A DNA stretch of 64,000 nt from Babesia bigemina. Taxonomy: Eukaryota. The position numbers and the translations under genes were made by a program. The notes beneath the pieces were generated by a model. It saw only the letters and a list, made by a program, of their open reading frames with translations. It was not told the origin of the DNA and searched no databases. Below are positions 1-12,100 of the stretch, piece by piece; position 1 is the first letter of the stretch; each line of letters starts with the position of its first letter. The stretch lies in NCBI RefSeq assembly GCF_000981445.1, contig NC_027218.1, forward strand, positions 2,480,001-2,544,000. Reading direction: 5' to 3'.

Positions 1-418
1 ACCACGAACCCCTATTTCTTCACTGTGGACGGTGTAAGGTTCCTGGGGACGTCAGGTCAGGCCGTGAAGGGCATCTGCGACTACAGCACCTTGTCTGAAC
101 TCGGTGAGTGGCTGGTTCGTAAACCGCTAAACTGTGATTTCAGAGGCGCTGCAACTCACAGCGTCGGCACGATTCATCGCTCCGACTGCTCCGGACACGC
201 TAGCATGCCACCCGGAGGCTCGCGTGTTCACACTTGAGGACGACTCAGAGTTCCCGCATGTCATTTTCAGCGGCAACTCGCAGGAGTTCGCCAGCGCGGA
301 AACTGGAGCTGCTGGGTGCTCGCCGAGGGTTATTTGCGTGCCTGCGTTCACGAAGCAGCCTTCCGTTGTCTTGGTGTCGCTGGCCACCCTGCAGCCGCGT
401 CTGATCAGGCTTGCCTAG
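1..418 (+). CDS. POLD2: DNA polymerase delta small subunit, 3' end (exons 1-103 and 144-418)
   Basis: Spliced translation [19 protein letters not shown]...[11 protein letters not shown]...PHVIFSGN...VPAF...VLVSL matches the POLD2/Pol31 C-terminal motifs; GT-AG intron at 104-143. Confidence 0.9.
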
Positions 419-773
419 GCTGGAGAACCTAGGTTGCTGCCCCTAAACATTGTACACATTTTGGAAAAACGTATTGTCAGAGCTGTATTATGGGAGTACG
501 TTGCGCGCTTTATACCAAGGGTGCACTGCTCAGCATCGTCCGGGATGACGGCGGAGGCCGCGAGGCGAACGGCCAATAACTATGCGACCTACACATCCGG
601 GTCTAACTACGCCCAAATACCAACAAAGGCGTTTATTGCTGTTTTGTTGTATTTAGAATGGATCATGTGATTGGTCCAGCACGGTTGCGGCCGCGTGTCT
701 TCATGTAAAGTCAGACGGGTCTATCACACGCCCATAGACTCTCCACGAGAGTCGACTCCAGCGGTGTAAAACA

Positions 774-2172
774 ATGTTGAATTGCGGTGTCGAGGAGGGG
801 GCGCGGAGCCCCGTTTTCGGTGGGAGAGATGGCACGTCGACGGAGCTGCCGTTGCCCGGCCTCCCCGTATGTCGCACTATCGCAGAAGCGCCCGGACCAT
901 CAGCTGCGGAGGGTGCTGAAAGTATACAGGTAGGTGGATTTAACTTGATGTGTATGGTTGTTGCGTGTCCACAGTGAGAGCAGTGCCTTTTCCACGGCCT
1001 TCTGTTGCAGTGCCCCCCTCATGGCGATTGATGTGTACAATTCGTGTATGTCTCCAACGATGAGTGAATCCTTTGTTGTGTAACTCATGTTGGTATGTAC
1101 CTGAAGGGTGGATGATACATGTGCGTATTGCGGAATCACATGTTTGACCTTTTAATTGCATGTCATTGTCTCGCAGCTGCCTGAGGGCGCTTTAATGGGA
1201 ATCATTTTCAACTTGGAGCAAGAACGCGAAACATATCTGGAGGCGGTTGCCGTGTTGCATAGACAGCTATTGGAGGCACAGGAGCACTGCCAGCAGCTCT
1301 CCGACTCTCACGAGCAGATAAGACGCAACCTCGAGGCTGAGGTGAGCGAGGGTTGGAAGGAGGCTGAGATTTGGGAGGCAAGGTATCGTTCAGTAGCGCA
1401 GGTCGCCAAACGTAACGGTGTGGATCTGGCTGATGTACAGCAGCCTGGGGACGCCAAATTGTGCGCATCTCGGGAAGTGAAGCCCACGAACCGCGCGATA
1501 TCGTTGAACTCTGAAGCGTGCACGGTGGTTACGATTAAGGACCTGCATCAAGCATCTACCCAAAATATCACTGCAGAGAGAGCTCTTGGAGCGCGGGTGC
1601 GTCCTGTGGAACGCTTGGTGTCCCCGCACGGTATACATGGGCGTGCAAATACTGGCGTTGTAGTCAGGGCAACTCGTGGTTTAGAGTCGAGTCACAGCAT
1701 ACTTGCGGAAGAAACTCATGGCGGGGTGAAAGATTCCATTACAACCTGGGAAGCTACGTCCTCCTCCATTTCCACCCGCGATGTTGGTAAGAAAGGGGCG
1801 CATGCGTCGTCATGCACGGTGACTCTGCCGAAAAGTCGAGTGCTTGGCCACCGGAAGGAATTTAGCATATTCCGTAATTCTGGGGGTGATGTTACGACCG
1901 AACGTTGCAAGCCGAGTCGACGTAACTTTTCGTCGAATAACAGCAAGCGTTGCTGCGGCCCTAGTCCTGGTGGCGTACCGCGCTGTGGTGGTGAGGACGT
2001 GGATCAACAACACCTTAAGTTCACCGATCCTGCGACTACTAGGTACCATGGCTGGGTTTATTTACAGAGCCCTCGTACGTTGAGTGGACGGTTTGACCGG
2101 TCGTCGATGGTGGTCCGCAATGCCAACATCGGGTCTACGCTGAGCTTGGTATTTGAAGCAACGGACTTCTAA
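774..2172 (+). CDS. Hypothetical protein with coiled-coil segment (multi-exon; main exon ~1177-2172)
   Basis: 338-codon ORF with a heptad-like LEQERETYLEAV...LEAEV region; upstream ATG at 774 and donor gtaggt at ~930. Exon structure uncertain. Confidence 0.5.
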
Positions 2173-3004
2173 TCGATATTGCTCAGCAACACTTGAGTTA
2201 TAAACTTAATTTTCAATGCAGCTTTATGATATGGTCTCATTACATTTCCGAGGTTACGCGACTGACAGGGTACCAGTTAACATGTTGTGTAATAATGCTA
2301 TAATCTTTTATTCGTTGTGATTAGCAGGTATCACGTAGTCTGCTTTGTAATTCGATATGTCATTCGACACTAAAGTCAAATTCGTTTGGTACATCCCTTT
2401 GGTATTATATTATGATCACCTCTGTATCGCTGCGGAAGTTTACTAGGCCCAAAAAATTCCGCAATCTGTTGCACTGTTAATGTGAGATCATATTGTTTGT
2501 CAGATGTTGTAAGCGCCTATATTCTACATTGTTTCGGTGATTCCAATCTATTGCATTGGCCCTGTGCTCCCAGATGCTTGTCACATTTAAGCGGTGATTG
2601 TTATAGGCGAGCAATCGATGGCGATTTCCATCACGATGGTGAATCATGTTAAGGCAACAATGCAAATCACAGGCGAAGGTGCGTCATCGTTTCGAGGCCA
2701 GCACCGTGATTTACGGCAGGATGGAGAGCGAAAGCAACAAGAAAAAAATGGTAACCCAAACCAACGCCATTATACTGAAGGTGAGGGGCGTTCACACTTT
2801 ATAGACAATTGTTACATAGCTATTTGGGATCATTTACGCTATGAGAGTCCACTGTAGGGTATCCGTAGAGATGGGAAAATTATGGTCCATTTCTTATACG
2901 GCATGTTCATGATACTTTATTTTTATTATTGTGTTCTCTCATCTTACAGTGTGCTATGTGGCTACGTGAATAGGGCCGGTTTTCGGTTTTAACAGACGAG
3001 TGTT

Positions 3005-3496
3005 TCACGCTGAAACCGGTTGCGGGATCCACGCCGGTCCATTGCCGGACGTCACTGGTGCCATCCATGCGGGCGTCCATCCAGTTTGGGCTTGAGGGTC
3101 TTCGACGGAATCGTAGTCTTCTTTCGGCTTCATATCCCTCATCACTATTTTATGTGTTTCTTGGATCACTACCCTTTGTATGTGGGCTTCCATGCGATCC
3201 GATATGCCCAGGTCCCGTCTGTACTTGCTGTGCTCCTTCGTCACTATTACCTCCCACGTCATAACGTAGGGGATAACCCTGATCTTGGTCTGCTGGTTAA
3301 ACTGTCGCGCCTTGAGGTCCTCTATAAGGTCTTCATACTTCTGCTTCTTGAACTTTTCCGTATCCAATAGGTTGTCTTGATTGGTGATTCCTATCTCCAC
3401 GATGGTGACGGTGTTCCTCCGCCGATCCGCCAGGATTATGTCTGGCCTGTTGTATTCCTCAGTCTTCTGAGTCTTGACCGTCTTGTCGTACGCGAT
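3005..3496 (-). mobile_element. 5'-truncated non-LTR retrotransposon fragment: restriction-like endonuclease (RLE) domain and ORF C-terminus
   Basis: Open frame reads IAYDKTVKTQKTEEYNRPDIILADRRRNTVTIVEIGITNQDNLLDTEKFKKQKYEDL...RVIPYVMTWEVIVTK...LGISDRMEAHIQRVV. This fits the RPD-x12-(D/E)...KxxKY...hPhV signature of R2/R4-type RLE elements. Confidence 0.85.
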
Positions 3497-4147
3497 CTAT
3501 TCCTTATCCCATCATATCGCTTTTTATCATCTTCAACCTTTCCCGCCTGTCCCAGTCTCCCAATTGGCGCCGCTCCCTGTCTCCTCCCATATGTCCTTAC
3601 GTTGCCGCCTCTTCAAACACCCTCCACATTTTCGCCCACACTTTCCTCACCATTTACACCGCCATAGCCTTCAATCAACACCCTTTCCCGCTTCCTCGCC
3701 TCCCCCAACTCACTCCACCTTTCACTTTGTTCTCTTCCTTGCCTCCTTGGTCACTCCCCTCTCCTTCATACACACCCCCTTTCCCGTCTGATTCTTTTCG
3801 TTGGCCTACTTGTCGCTCGGTCATCGTTGCCGCTCAGTCACCTTGCAATTCGCCTGCATCTCTGGTCATACATCCAACATTGCTTATCTTCTGTAACATT
3901 GTGGTTCTTTACCAGAATGGCACGGATGGCGTAAAATTCGCAGCATGCCACATCAAGGCACATCATTTGCGTTATGAACACCCCGATATGCGACACTGTT
4001 GACGCTTCATTTGATCACATTGTGCAATTACTTTTTCTATATGTTGTGTTAACACGACTGGGCACCTGTGGCCGCAACTAAGATCATGAAAATACTAAAC
4101 TACTTTTTATGCGTTGTGAAGCATTATTATACGTGCTATATTCGTAG

Positions 4148-7100
4148 TTATTTAAGCTGGTCTATGAGATCATTGGGATCATCGTCAAAGTAATCGGCGT
4201 CGTAGAGTGAGAGCATCTTCCTGCTATTAGTGAGCAGCGCCTTGACGTCGATGAGGTGGGATGCCTTGGACCTGATGGCATGAGAACAGAGATACAGGAC
4301 GTCCAGGCGGTACAGTATCGTGTATGAGAGGAGGAGTACTGCTACCGACCATAGTGCGATTAGCGTGTAGATGAAGGGCATCCTGACCCTGTAGAGGAAG
4401 TCGTCCATGCAGGTCATGAGCATTGCAATAGGCTTGCCGTCGACCACGGTCCTCAGCTTTACGATTATATCTGAGCATGTGAGTGGCCACTGCAATTTAC
4501 CCTCCGGTGGCATGAACCCGTGTGTGTAGAGGAGAGGCATAGCATAGGGGCATGAGTGGAGTGATGAGCACTTGGTGTTATCATGCCCTTCTAAATCATA
4601 CAACAGTCTTTTGAATGACTTCCACAGTCTGTCTGATAAGAAAACCGCCCAGCTGAGGTAGGTGTGGGTAAAGCACGGAGAATACACAGCGTAGGCCCGG
4701 TGCGTGGTGGGCGACAGAAGTTTTGCGCACTGCGCATTGGTGATGTCGCAGCCCAGCAGTTTGGACAGGGAGCCGGCGTGGTCAACGTTGTGATTGGCGG
4801 AGTCGACGCCCCTGATTCCCCTGATAGCTGGTAACTCGGAATCAACGAAATGGTCCCAGTCGGGACAGTTCTCATGAGGCTTGGTGAGGGCCTTGCCAAG
4901 GTTTGACAATCCCTTGGAGGACGCATCATACATTAAATTGCCGAAATGGTGGAAGTAGGACACCAGCTCCCCGGTGGTGCGCGGCGTCCGCCTGGTGAGG
5001 CAGTTGAGGTAGGAGGACAGTGTCAGCAGTGGGTCGTCGCCGCCGCAGCTGGGAGTGAGGATGGTGGAAAGGGTGGCGCCAGTTTGGTGAGGTTTAGGCA
5101 GATCTTTGTGTTTAAATCCCATGTGTACCCGGGTCTTGCAGCAGATGTTGCAAGGGTCGAAGGGGTGAGTCTCGAAGTCGGAGTCCCAGCCGTCGGTCAG
5201 GAAAGACTGGAGGAGGGAGTTGGAAGAAGATATGTCACTTCCGTAGTTACAATTCTGCCAACCACCAAGGGATTTGTCTTGATTACACTGCGACTTCAGG
5301 AATTGCAACTGGTAGTGGCAGGCATAGGCGTAGTCACGCAGCTGGCAGAGGAGACAGGAGGGGTCGGACGAATAATGCAGCTGACTATATACTGATTTGA
5401 AGTCAACAGTAGAGAAGGCTTTAAAATCATTGTAGTACTTAATCCGTGTGATTATGTTTGCCGAGTAGAGGCACGCCTCTGCAAGGGTATTGGTGACACG
5501 GGAAGCAGTCAGCTGGTTGGGATACCCGGTGACATCGATGGCAAATGAAGGCCACGAGGAGTCTTTATTAATATCATCCAAAACTCCACCAACATGCTTC
5601 TGAATAAAACCAATGTACCCTAATTCGACAACGCCGACCATCCAATAGAGCATTTCACGGACAGTATTGGGAGAAGGCATATTGTCAGAATCTGGGGGAG
5701 AAGTAGTTGAATGGCTGGTAGAGGTGGATGAAGGGTCAACATACCAGGGGTTGAGGCATTGGGGAATATACACCTCACCAGTACCTCCTTCGTTCGGTGA
5801 AACATGAAAATCAAAATGTTCAAACGGCATATCGACATCACGAAGGCCTAATGAGTTCGACAAAACTGAAGCTTCTTGTAACTTATCCAGGTCAGAAGCG
5901 ATATCCGATTGTGGAGATGCCTCTCTAACTGTGCCGCGATGAGTAATAGGACCATTAAGAAGGTTAATACCGTTGGGATCTCGCAACCTCTCAATATGAT
6001 CATTGAGTAACGCATCAGAATGTGTATTGTAGGCATCCTTACCACCTTCCCATGGATGTATTACAACTTCCGTTTCGATATCAGGAATGTCCGTACCACT
6101 ACCCGTAGAAAGGACGCCAGATGCTACAGATGGTGGACCTGAAACACTTGAAGGCTGCGCTAAAACAGCGCTTGCAGCTAGAAGAGGATCTGAACCCAAA
6201 GAAGCATTCTGTAAACCCCCACCTAGCACCCCAGTTTTAGCAGTGGGTTTAGGGCTACCAGGAGGACTGGCGGGAGGGGTTAGAGATGACACTGGCGACG
6301 ATTGAAGTGCAGGCTGAGACGTTTGTATCACCTGTGCATCTGAAACATCAGAAGACGCTGAAACAACCGGACCAGCAGGCCCTAGCTTACCTTGGTCACC
6401 GTTAGACCCCGGTGCGCCTGTACCACCACCTGGACCAAGGCCACCAGATGACGAGGAGCCTGGGCTTGGAGTAATTGTTGAGGATGTAGGTGCAGCTGCT
6501 TGTGGCGGAACTGGCTGTTGAGCTGGAGGACCACTGACCTGCAAGCCCGCACCACCGCCCCCTAGAGCGCCAGCGGGGCCTTGACCTTTGCCATCTTCAG
6601 GAGGAGTGTCTGAATAATTTGCCTCATTCGGAAGTCCAGGATGCTGTACACTTTGATCATTGTTTTGATATGTTAATCCGCCATCATCATCATCATCCTC
6701 TTCTTCATCTTCTTCAGGATCAGACTCAGATTCAGGGTCTGCCGTACTGTCGTGGTTCTGCACTACAGCCGCTTTCTGAGATTGTTTCAGTAGACACTGT
6801 TTACCCTTCAGTATATGTACAAGCTTAGACAGGCCACTATTATGTTCATTGAGGCAACCGATCACAGCTTTCCAATCCGTTTTTAAAACATGCTTCAGAT
6901 TGCTTTCAGTATCAATATTGTGGCCATGAAACGTGAATCCGTAAGGGAAGAAATGCTTCTTCAAATATTCCCCAAGCTGGCCAGGTTGTGTATTGCCGAG
7001 TACATGATCATTCGTCTCAATTTTCTCCAAATTCCCTCGCACTTTATCCAAATTATCTCTTAGCCAAGTCGCCATCTTTTTAGCAAAATGTTTACTGTTT

Positions 7101-7957
7101 AAATCTTCATTTCTAGGCGCCTGGCCGGTGTGGGAAAAGCGGCCATTGGCGAACAACGTGTCTAACTTGGACCTAAGTCCTGAACAATGTTGTTTTAACT
7201 CTTCCCAATCAATACAAACACGGTGAGCTTCCAAATAGTTCTTTAGTTCTTCATTCAGCTCTGTCTCAACAATATCGCAAAATATTTTGAGCAATCTTAG
7301 GGCGTTTGCGGAGTTGGAAGTCTGTGAACCGACAGTGGTCGACACCGATGTAGCGAACACGTCGCGAAAAAGCTGATGTTCCTGTTGATCAAAAAACTTA
7401 TCGAAGTCATTAGCCATTACAGAACCATTGGCATAAGCACCATGCGCAGCATCATTCACCTCACCTTTCTCAAATCCCCCAGGAATGACACCGTATTTGT
7501 TGATGTTTTTTTCAGTGAGATATGCATCAATCTTACTGACACTAGATGTCGACACTATAAACGACCCAATTGGCTCATCCTTCCACCCCCCTCCACCAAT
7601 ATTTTGGAACCTCACATCCACGTTATATTCCAACAAGGACCTCACGGAAAGCAGTTTGGGTATGCTAGCAAGCAAAGTATCAAGCACATCTTTATCTTTT
7701 CTTAATCCATGCTTGTGAGGCTGCTTAGATCTGCATATTTTGCCATAAAAGTGTGACGCTTGGTCGATAAAATTAGAAAGTGCGGATTTAATGTTCTCCA
7801 CGTTGACTTTCTTTGAATAATAATAGTTGATACGCCTCTCCAGTTTCTTTGCCACCTTTTCTTGCTTCTCCTTGTTGACTTCCAACCACTTCAGGAACTC
7901 AAGACACTCCTTGAGTGTTTTGAGCGGAAGAATGGTACTCTTCTTCTGTATGACCAT
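4148..7957 (-). CDS. VESA-like variant surface antigen (ves1b-like type; single exon, C-terminal TM)
   Basis: ~1269-aa ORF from ATG 7957. N-terminal LKTLKECLEFLKWL, low-complexity G/P/S centre, Cys-rich conserved C-terminal block (VREMLYW...GWQNCNYG...LQSFLTD...MGF...TPRTTGELVSYF), TM segment and YRLDVLYL tail typical of ves-family proteins. Confidence 0.85.
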   Translation of the reverse strand: MVIQKKSTILPLKTLKECLEFLKWLEVNKEKQEKVAKKLERRINYYYSKKVNVENIKSALSNFIDQASHFYGKICRSKQPHKHGLRKDKDVLDTLLASIPKLLSVRSLLEYNVDVRFQNIGGGGWKDEPIGSFIVSTSSVSKIDAYLTEKNINKYGVIPGGFEKGEVNDAAHGAYANGSVMANDFDKFFDQQEHQLFRDVFATSVSTTVGSQTSNSANALRLLKIFCDIVETELNEELKNYLEAHRVCIDWEELKQHCSGLRSKLDTLFANGRFSHTGQAPRNEDLNSKHFAKKMATWLRDNLDKVRGNLEKIETNDHVLGNTQPGQLGEYLKKHFFPYGFTFHGHNIDTESNLKHVLKTDWKAVIGCLNEHNSGLSKLVHILKGKQCLLKQSQKAAVVQNHDSTADPESESDPEEDEEEDDDDDGGLTYQNNDQSVQHPGLPNEANYSDTPPEDGKGQGPAGALGGGGAGLQVSGPPAQQPVPPQAAAPTSSTITPSPGSSSSGGLGPGGGTGAPGSNGDQGKLGPAGPVVSASSDVSDAQVIQTSQPALQSSPVSSLTPPASPPGSPKPTAKTGVLGGGLQNASLGSDPLLAASAVLAQPSSVSGPPSVASGVLSTGSGTDIPDIETEVVIHPWEGGKDAYNTHSDALLNDHIERLRDPNGINLLNGPITHRGTVREASPQSDIASDLDKLQEASVLSNSLGLRDVDMPFEHFDFHVSPNEGGTGEVYIPQCLNPWYVDPSSTSTSHSTTSPPDSDNMPSPNTVREMLYWMVGVVELGYIGFIQKHVGGVLDDINKDSSWPSFAIDVTGYPNQLTASRVTNTLAEACLYSANIITRIKYYNDFKAFSTVDFKSVYSQLHYSSDPSCLLCQLRDYAYACHYQLQFLKSQCNQDKSLGGWQNCNYGSDISSSNSLLQSFLTDGWDSDFETHPFDPCNICCKTRVHMGFKHKDLPKPHQTGATLSTILTPSCGGDDPLLTLSSYLNCLTRRTPRTTGELVSYFHHFGNLMYDASSKGLSNLGKALTKPHENCPDWDHFVDSELPAIRGIRGVDSANHNVDHAGSLSKLLGCDITNAQCAKLLSPTTHRAYAVYSPCFTHTYLSWAVFLSDRLWKSFKRLLYDLEGHDNTKCSSLHSCPYAMPLLYTHGFMPPEGKLQWPLTCSDIIVKLRTVVDGKPIAMLMTCMDDFLYRVRMPFIYTLIALWSVAVLLLSYTILYRLDVLYLCSHAIRSKASHLIDVKALLTNSRKMLSLYDADYFDDDPNDLIDQLK

Positions 7958-9135
7958 TTTCAATCAACCGCCAATCCACTCTCGCAGAACTACAGGTTCA
8001 GTGTCCAAGACCACGTCAGCTGTAAACAACTAAACTAATCAAATCCCTACCCTGACCACTCACTACGCCCACTCATAGACAGTATAGCCAGACGGCAAAG
8101 TGGTATGAGCAAAAATGCTGCAATCAGCATCGTCAAACTGAAACCAACCACTACAAATGCCGTAAACGAAGACATTTATATGTTCACTCAACCCTTCAAA
8201 AGACATCGACGAGCACTGAAAACGGGCAAACATCCCACCTACCCGGAGTGTGACAGGCAGCCAACCCAGGAATCCAGAACAACCGGAGTCAAAAAGGCGT
8301 AGCAGCACGTATAACGTACGATAGCTGAAAACATATCTGGATGCAGGATCGAAGAAGGGGTAAGTCTCCTAACCTTTTACCCCGACCCCGCCAACCACTC
8401 TCCCCTCGGTGTTCCGTCACCTTTCGGTCGGCCGACAAAAAAACGTACCGGCAGTGACACGACATCCGCGCGCCTGGCACCACAGAAGAAACGCTTTTTG
8501 ACGAAGAATTAAAATTTTATTTTGGTCGGAGTGTATTCGGTCAACTAGTATTAGAGTTGCTCGGCCGCAACTCCACCCACCGTAAGCCGCATCCCCCAAC
8601 CACGTCCCACCATGGGCCATGATGAAGGTGCGACATCAACTGTTCAAGTAATGTACAGTACGGCATTACGTTGTAATTCATTGCCACGAGGCCGCCTGCG
8701 ATGCCCGGCGGAGACGTCATCCCTCAGACGTCACGCCGGAAAATGTCTCCTCACTGCCTAGCATAGAGATGTCTATGATCTTAACACAATCCACATCATC
8801 ACATACATTATACCCATCTATCTAACTTGTGGGTCAGAGCCTCAGCTGGAGCAGTCATTAATGGGTTACACGGATGGCCGCTCACCCGGCTTCACAATCC
8901 AGTTGCAATAGGATTATGCAACCACGTATTACGAGTAACGCAGACCAAATAGCAATTAACAACGCAATGCATCAACCACACTGTCCACCAATTTGCTGAT
9001 TAGTTATTACATTAGGCGGTGGGTTGTTGGTTAGGTGGCTGGGTGAGCTAGGTGGTGGTATATTTGTAGTTGTGAGTACTGTGAACGTGGTGAACGGCGA
9101 TACAGCAGCGGTTTACATCGCGCACGCAGTTGTGA

Positions 9136-12100
9136 TTAAGCTTGCAGGTACGATATCTTGGCAATTTTGCCGACACGTGCAGCTGCGAGCAGTGACTGGG
9201 CGGCAATTTTGTAGGAGGCTGGCGACCTGAGGTGTGATTTGATGTGGAGCGTGTCTAGACGTCCGATCAAGACGTAGGACAGGTAGAGAAGAGACAGCGA
9301 CCAGAGAGCCACGACTGTCCAGATGAAGGGTTCACGTATTCTGAATAAGAACTCTGGGATGGTTTCGAATACAAATTTGGCAAGCGCACGTTCGAGATGC
9401 ATCTCTTTGTTCAAGACTGTTTCCAATGCGTAACAGAAATCTTTACATGTCCGCTTCGATACGACGTTGTTAACTCCACTTAAATCATACGGACTCCTGA
9501 AAACTAAACCGTATTTAGATAATGTCGGACGAGTGGATGGGCAGTGGGTTATCGATTTGCAATCCTGAGTGTGATGTTTATCAATAAGATCAATAATAGG
9601 CGTTTTAGATGCATAGGCGGATTTGACTGGGCATGTTGCAGCACAGCATTTGACATAGCATTTGTTGCCTTCACCACATGTAGCGATGCATTCATTCAAC
9701 AGTCGATTAAGCAAATTATAAAACGTTTCCGTCAAGTAGACGACCCACGAGAGATAACGTGCGGCATGCTTTTGTGAGAAAACCGTCCATATGTTGTGGC
9801 TAAGAGGTTTGATATATCTACCACACTTAACCTCTGATATATCGCTACAAACAAGAGTGAAGAGATCACCGTTGGTATGGGTTTTGTGATTTCTCGATTT
9901 GAATATGGTAGTGTTGTCAAGGTGACCGTAAAAGCCGAAGGAAGCTTTTCTGACAGCATCCTCAAAAGCGTATTTCTTATGCTTCTTAGCTGCCTCATGG
10001 GCTCCGCTTTTGCCATTCCACTCATTGAGCAGATGGTAGTAAAAAGCAAACATCTCGTCAAGGGTCTGCGGCGGCCTATTCAAAAGACAAATCAACAAAC
10101 TGCAAATTTTACTAAGACATGAATCTTTCCCGCCACAGAAATCAGCAAGGACAGTGCACAAATACCGACCACTCTGCCTATGCGATGCTGTAGTGGCAAT
10201 ATCTGAGAACCCCATTGGCGTTTTACACGGTATTCCTCTGTGGTTGGGTACAGTGCACTCCAGCTTGCAACCGGGTTTCTCGAATTGGTGCGGAAGGAAG
10301 CCTGGCAGTCCGTCTTCTAAGAAGGATTGCAAAGGTGACTTAAGGCCGCACTTTGGATGTTGCCTGCACGTTTGGTTACACGTTGGATTACACGGTTGGT
10401 CAGGGCATTGTAACTCGTTGCATTTCCATGACGAACCGCCTATTGCATTTCCATACCAGCAATGACGCCAGCCGCTTACCTCCGTAGTGTCGCAGCATTG
10501 ATTATATAAGAAATTCAATTGATGATACACCCTGTACAATACATCTACTAGCATGTCAAAGCAGGCGCTGGCAGAGTTAGGATACTGTAGTTTATATTCG
10601 TTGGTGTTATAGTCGCAAGCGTAGACACCGTCCGAGTGGCCATGACCAACGATGGCTGTGAGGACTGAGTGGGACTTTGAACATACGTCACCAAGTGCCG
10701 ATGTTAGTTGTGAAACTTTTATAGTTTCTGGATACGCTGCGAATGACACGTTGTCAACATAGGCCAAAGAGATAACGGTTCCTCTAACATCCACGTTTTG
10801 TTCCTCTGGCTTATCAAATAGCTCATCGAAGCTGCTGAATGTTAATTCGTGGTATACGGGATTATGTGGTAGGCCACTCAGCCATATCAGCATATCATAG
10901 ATATTACAAGGCAACTTCTTTGACCCTGAAGTGGCAAAGTGACATACGCGATAGTAATCGTGAAGATATCCGAGGAGCTTTCTAAGGACACCATGATCTG
11001 GTAGATTTGTCGTCTTTACTCTCACTTCACCGTCTACCTTTATTTCTTCCTTCTCGTCATCGTCGCTGACAAGTTTATATTGTGCATCACCTATACCATG
11101 TTTATTGGTTAGGAGATCATCGTGGATATTCTGGCCCCTGAAATCGTTCATGTAGCGCAGCTCACCATTTTGTTTGTTTTCTTCAGAAACAACATATCCG
11201 CAACGTGCTAAAAAGGCGCCAAGTGGATTTTCTACGGTTCCATTTCTCGCACATACGGTTTTGTATTTGTATTCATTGCCCTGGTTACACTTAATCCGCA
11301 AGTCATTAAAATCGTTAAACAGCATCTCCAGTATGGTAATGCAAACCTTGGCGCCATGTTTTCCGTCAGTAGTCAACTTGTTTTTGCCATCCACCCACTG
11401 ACTTATGGGTTCGGCCCCATCGTACACTGACACATACGCCTTGTCCAGCTCCCCATGCATATCTGTGATTCCTTGCTTGAGGTACTCTAGCAATGGATTA
11501 TTCTGGTGGGCATACGATTTGGAATTCATTTCGGTTAGCAGACTGTTAAGCGCAGTTAAGCCAGCAACAAATTTTCTGTTGTATTTAGTGAGTCCAGTGA
11601 ATAAAGGGTGTAATTTGTTTTGCAGTTTGGAAAGATAATCCGGAGGCATTATTTTAGACCGCGTGTTCAGAGTTTTAGGCAGTTCAGTGAAAAACGTTTT
11701 GGCTCTGCGAGACAGTGTCTGCAGTGTCGCGTATTCATCCAACACAGTATTTAACCCACTGTCTCTTAATTTATCTTGCATTACTCTCATGAAGCCTTTA
11801 ACACCCTTATCGGCGTCTGCGGTGATTTCATTTGGGAGCGGTGCGATTGCCGTGCTGACTTTGTCAGCGAAAGCTGTGAGCTGCGCTTTGATCAATTGTA
11901 CATACCTGGTTTTGATGTCGTCGGTAATGGTGTCTCGAGCTCCATCAATTGTGGTAGTAACCAGGTGTTGAAGTACTTGGATTGTATTTTTCTTTTCTTG
12001 TTCAGCGTGGCTTAGAAACTCCGTTGTCTCCCTGATGGAATCCTTCAAATCACCTCTAAGAATGGCGTCAATATCATTGTGTATTTTCCTTAGTACCCCC

